Shown piece by piece: positions 56,201-62,200 of a stretch of 64,000 bases of DNA. The DNA is taken from assembly GCF_037042905.1 (NCBI RefSeq), contig NC_087250.1, positions 22,446,001 through 22,510,000 of the forward strand, written 5' to 3'. Position numbers and translations under genes: made by a program. Every line of letters begins with the position of its first letter. Within the stretch, counting starts at the first letter, position 1. The DNA comes from Lytechinus pictus. Taxonomy: Eukaryota. Under the pieces are notes generated by a model that was not told the origin of the DNA, did no database searches, and saw nothing but the letters and a program-made list of their open reading frames with translations.

Positions 56201-59200
56201 ATTGCAATTTAGTTACAAAAAAAAGGGAAGGTGGTGAAGAAGAAGCAAAAGAAGAAGAAAAGGAAGAGAAGAAGAGGAAGAAAAAAGGATGAAAAAGAAG
56301 AAGAAGAGAAAGAAGAAAAGGGGGAGAAGAAAAGGAGGAGTGTGGTGAAGAAGAAAATAAGAGAACTCGGTGAAGGAGAAGAGAATAAAGGAAAATATAT
56401 TTTTAAAAGGGAGGTGAAGAGAAGAAAATGAAAGAGAAAAATTTGGAAGATTAGTTTTGAAGAGGAACAAGTAAAATGTTGAAAAGTTTCTAATCATATC
56501 TTTTTCAAATTTGTAGGCAAATTATTTAAAGAAGAAGGTACTGTGGTACAAACAGCCTGACTATAGGCTAGTCATATTTTAGAAGTTTTTTGAAGATGCT
56601 GGTGTGATGATCTCAGGTTGCCAGCTAGTGCATAAGGCATGATTAGATCTTTTTAATATTTTGTCACCATTCCATTTAAATCTTTCCATTTAAGAAGTTC
56701 GACTATTATGTGTCATTTTTTATATCAAGGTTTCTACATGACAGTTGGCAGTGGCAATGGACAGTTCAATGAACCAGCTAGACTTGTGAGTACAGTCCTT
56801 CCTGACACTGCACCAGCTTGTACCCTGACATTCTGGTACATTTATCAGGTAAGAGACTGTATATTAAGGCTATTCTTTAAAACACTTGCTGATATACTTT
56901 TTTCGATTTTTTGCATTTAAAAAAAATCTAAATTCTAAAAGCTAAACTTTATTTACAGACGGTTGAAAATAATGCAAATGAAAACTGTAATGATAAGTAT
57001 ATTTTAAAGCAATTACTGCAACATTAGTACCCCACCTTCAGTGTAGCAAGATATAAAGCAGATCAAAATAACTACCCCCCTCCCCAAAGGGACAGCAATG
57101 GTGAATGGTAAAACTTTAGGAGAGGCTAGTAATTATGGTTTATTGCAGAAAATTACAGCTCCAAAAATTTTCAGAATTGCATGTTTGGGATTGCTTTTGA
57201 TTTCTTGAGTTGTATATCAAACGCAATCTTTTCTGTTACTGACCCAGATTAGTTTCAGTTGGATTGCAATATAGAAATAATATGGTTTCTTTGGGAGCAT
57301 TTCATGAAACAAAATTGATTTTACTGACTTGTTAAAAGCTACTGCGAATCCTTTATTCTGATTGGATAAGAGCAAATTATGAAGTTTTTCATTTCATGAA
57401 ACACCCTCATTTTCATTTCTAAGGTGTCAACTGCTGCGAATGTCCCTCTTACTGAGTTCTACATGCAAGTTGCAAATGCTAGTGATCCAGCGGATTCTGC
57501 AGATTTATGGAGGGCTCCCCCAACATCAGTGGCAACATGGACTCAAGCTACAGTCGGACTAGGAAGACAAATATCAAGCTATCAGGTAAAAAGAGTGTAC
57601 ACCTGTCAAAATATGTGCAGGGTCATATGGCAATGCTCCCCCACCCCAACCCCAAACAAAAGAATGATTATCATAAATGAATGTATAAATTGATAAATAG
57701 ATAAATGAGTAAATAAATAAGTTTAATGAAATTCAGAATTTAAAAAGAAATTTAAAATTCAAAAGATAATTCTGTAATTTGTCTTTGGTGAAACTACAAA
57801 AATCAATGAACTTGAACACCAACAAGAAATACAGCCCCAGTCCAAAATGCTTAGCATTTATCCTTTCAGTACACACCCTGATAATTTCTTTTAACCAACC
57901 CAGAAGTTGGTTTGATGTGAACAGACCAATTGTTGATTACGAAAATTGCAATACATTTTTGCATTCGATTTTGCGTTAACCAACAGTTAACCAAGGATAG
58001 CTAAGCGATTTCTGTGGTTCAACCAACAGTTAGTAAGGGTAGATAAACACTTTTTGTGTCTTAACCAACAGTAAGGATAGCTGAACAATTTCTGAGAAGG
58101 AATGAAATCTTCAGAAGCCTTGTTGCTCAACAATTATGAGAGTTTTTTATGACAAATTTATTCATTTCATGATGGAGTTATTGTGCGTAATTTTTGTACC
58201 ATATTCAGAGTGCATTTCATCTTTTTTTGTATGATATGTACATCCAGTGGCTTGTAACACAATCATAGCAACCATCGTAAAACTTTTTTTACGATTGATT
58301 GAATTGACTACATGAAAATCAATCTTATAATCAATTGCTAGCCTTTGTTTTACAGAACCCTGGTATGGTTTACTATTGCTACTTGTACTTTCTCCTCCCA
58401 ACAGATTAAATTTGTTGTTGTCATTTCGGATGATGACGATGTCATTGCTGTCGATGACATCATGCTCACTGGCTGCAAGGTGGAATCCTATAGCCCGTGT
58501 GAGGTTCAATGCGACAACCTACTTTGTGTTCCGTTCTCAGAGAAATGTGACTACTCCGATGATTGCACAGATGGGACGGATGAAAGGACATGCGGTGAGA
58601 GTCCATTTGCTTTATTGTAAATTTTTTTGCAGCTCTGATCCATCTGCGTAATATTAAAAAAAACACAGCTAGCACGTGCTTCAAGTAATCAATGTGTACA
58701 CACTAGTGCATACATTAAGCAAACTATCAGATTATGCAGCTCTTAAGCAGAGAGCGATATGACCTTGGTAAATATACCGTCGACATTTACAATGCAATTA
58801 TATTCACCGAGGTGACATCAAAACTTGGAATATAACAAATGCGATCCTTGCAGCTATGATCATGTGATGGCATATTGATCTATCACTTATTTGAATCTAC
58901 ACAAGCATCTATTGATTCCTTGACTATCAGATTCCATAATTTCCATGTATAAAAGGTTTGTACATGGACCCTCAGGCTAAACAATAAAGAAAAAATATTT
59001 TTAAACTTTGTACAATCTCTAGTAGATATGAACCAATTCTTGCATACATGAGCAAAGCACGAAGCACCAGTGAGTGTTGGCTTGAGTCATGGATATACAC
59101 ATCCATATTAACTAACTATTTACTAAATGAATCAGTTTTCCTTTCCTCAAATTGGCAACATTCATTTTTTTAACCCTCTTACATACAGTAGTCTGAAAAA

Positions 59201-62200
59201 AAATATGGAGACGATCTAGGTCAAAATGAAGGATAATGGTAAAATATTATTCAAGAATTGCCAATTTGCACTTTTCAATAGTGATGATATATTTTTCATT
59301 GCATTGCAAATTTTGGAGTGCAATGACTAGGGTTAGTCGCATGGTTTTTATTCAGGAATGGCCCAAAAATTATTTATTTAACATAAAAGATTTCTCTTTC
59401 TGATGATGTACATCTATTAAGTGTCTTATCTGATTGTTTAAACTATATGCTTCTTAGCACAAGCCAGTGCAAGATGCAGATATTGTAATATCCTCGATGT
59501 TTTTTTTTTGTTCTCAGATTCATATCAGAGATGTGACTTTGAAGCTAATCTTTGTGACTGGAGCCAGAACAGGGAAGATGATCTTGACTGGTTGTGGATG
59601 ACGGGTAATCAAGGGGCGCAGGGTGGTGCCCCTGGTGTTGACCACACCCTAAATACTCCCTCAGGTGAGTGTTTATTGGTGATTGGTTGTGAATGAAGGG
59701 TAATTAGAGGGCGCAGGGTGGTCGCTCTCGTGTTGACGACATACTAAATACTCCATTAGGGGAGTGGTTATTAGAGATGATCTTGATTGCTTGAGGATGA
59801 AGGGTAACCAAGGGGTGCAGGATGGCACACCTGGTGTTGATTACACCCTAAATACTCCATCAGGTGAGTGTTTAATGAAGATTAGTTGTGGATGAATTGT
59901 AATCAACAGGGACGGGGTGGCAGCCAACTAGTGCCAATCTCACCCTGAATAATCATATTGGATGAGAGTGTAATGGAGGTGATCTCGATTGGTTATGGAT
60001 ACTGGGTAGTCAAGGGGCGCTGGGAGGGCGCCCCTGGTGTTCACCACACCCTAAATACTTCTTCAGGTAAGTGTTTATAGGAGACTATCTTGAAGTTTGT
60101 TGATACCGGTATTCAAGGGATGCCGATTGGTGCCCCTGGTGTTGACCACCCCCTGAATACTCCATTGGTTGAGATGCTGACACCAGTTGTTTACACATTA
60201 CTCTTGAACTTACTAACTTTCTCAACAGGTTTCTCCTTATTCTCTATGTTATTGTTTATTCTGGTTTTTCTCCCTCTTCTTCTTCTTGTTCTTTATCTTT
60301 TCCTTCTCATTCTTCTTCTTTTCCTTCTCATCTTCTATTCTTTTGCTTCTCGTATACTGTTTCTCCTTCTCTTTCTCTTCTTCTTTTCCTTTTCCTTTTT
60401 TCTTTCTCTGCTTTATCTTTTTCCCTTCTCCTCTTCCTCCTTCTATGATATGAAGTGGGACTAATATAAATTATCCTCTTTCACGATTGATCTTCTTTAC
60501 AGGACACTATCTCTACCTCTATACCTACGACACCGATGTCAACAAGAGAGCAAGACTTGATGGTCTTATTTATTCCCAGCCGAATACTGCTGGTGATTGC
60601 CAGGTAGGATGACATATTTTATTATATTTCATTACTAACTTTTGAAATATGTTCTTACCTTGAGGAAATATTTTAATGGTTTCTTTAATTTTATTCGAAA
60701 TGGTGGCACTCACACATTGAATACAATTAGAAAGAGGAAAATGTGCTTGGAATTGAGCTGTTCCTAAATGCAAACCATTAGTCATAACTGCTCTTTAAAC
60801 ACTCTTTTATTGCATTACAATTTAAAAAAAAATACTGTTTATAAATGCCTTTTTTAATAGAACACTGCCATCTTCTTAAACATTGAGTCTTGTTAAATGA
60901 TATTTATTTGATTGAATTTTGTATTGAACTACTTTTGTCAAGAAAAAGCACTCCAAAATTACAAAGGGAAGGGATGGCCTGTCATAGCGCCAAGCAATAG
61001 GCTGTGTCACATGATGAAAAGTTTTCAATGACTGACCTTTGCCTGAGTAATATAGACACATTATTTCATGAATGCTCCTGATCAAAAGAGGCTACTGAAG
61101 CATGTGAATGAGAATAAACGAAGGAATGATTCCAAAAATCGAAATATCCAACCTTTTTTAGCAACATTGTGTTATCATCATTATCATAAGGCTATCTGTG
61201 TTATCAATATCATCAATTGTTATCAATATCGATCTTTGATTATTTTTTTTCAATCTTCCACACAGATGAGGTTCTGGTACCACATGAACGGTGCTAATGT
61301 TGGTACACTGAGGGTCATGACCCTGATATCCCTCTCTGATTACCCACAATCCATCTGGTCAAAATCAGGCCCACAGGGAGATGTATGGCTGAGAGGCATC
61401 GTTGACCTTGACCCAGGAAGTAGATTCCAGGTAAGAAATTGGTGATTTGTGGCCCGTCGCAGAAAAGTTACTATTATGTTAGCTTTGCCATTCAATGGTA
61501 ACTACCACGCTGCCCAACTATGGCAAAAGGAAGCAAGTGACACATCAGTGAAATTTGAGTTTTTGTTGTTTCTGAAACACCCTTTGTATGTTGCACGTTC
61601 AGACATGCAAATTTCGGGGAAGAAATGATCGTTCTATGGAAAGATATTGTAGAAAATATGCTGTTAAATTTCATTGATGCCTATGTAATGACGAACACAT
61701 ATTGCTCATTTACAACAAATGATACTTTTGTAACTTGCATCCTTTTTGCCAAAGTATGGCAGCATGGTAATGATGATCAACAGCCAATCAGAATCAAGGA
61801 TTTCATGCAAGTTACCAATGGATTGTAAAGTTAACATAATGGCAACTTTTATGCAACGGGGCCTTGGGCCAGTATTCAATTTGATACTTAAACAAAAAAT
61901 TTGAATATTTTACTCAGTACTTTGCTCAAGTAAAATACTTAACCATCTTTGGTATCCAATTGCATCTTTTAAGTGATATATTTTGGGGGAATGGGTGAAT
62001 GTATGTTCAAGTGAGGTTTTCATTTATTCTATTTTTCCCTTTAGGTTCTACTAGAGGGTGTGGCAGGTGGTAGTGATGGTCATATGAGCCTTGATGATAT
62101 ATCATTTACACCTGGATGTGTAGTCTCACCAGACCAGACCCTACCCATTAAGGTTACTCCTTCAAGTAAGTACTGCCATTAATTTTACAACACAATGTTG

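Noticed and set aside
56213..56497. Lys/Glu-rich and Phe/Leu-rich ORFs
   Set aside because: Purine-rich low-complexity DNA
60090..60464. Hydrophobic 124-aa ORF as an alternative transmembrane terminal exon
   Set aside because: Made of an exon-57 shadow plus a CT-rich low-complexity tract; no credible acceptor
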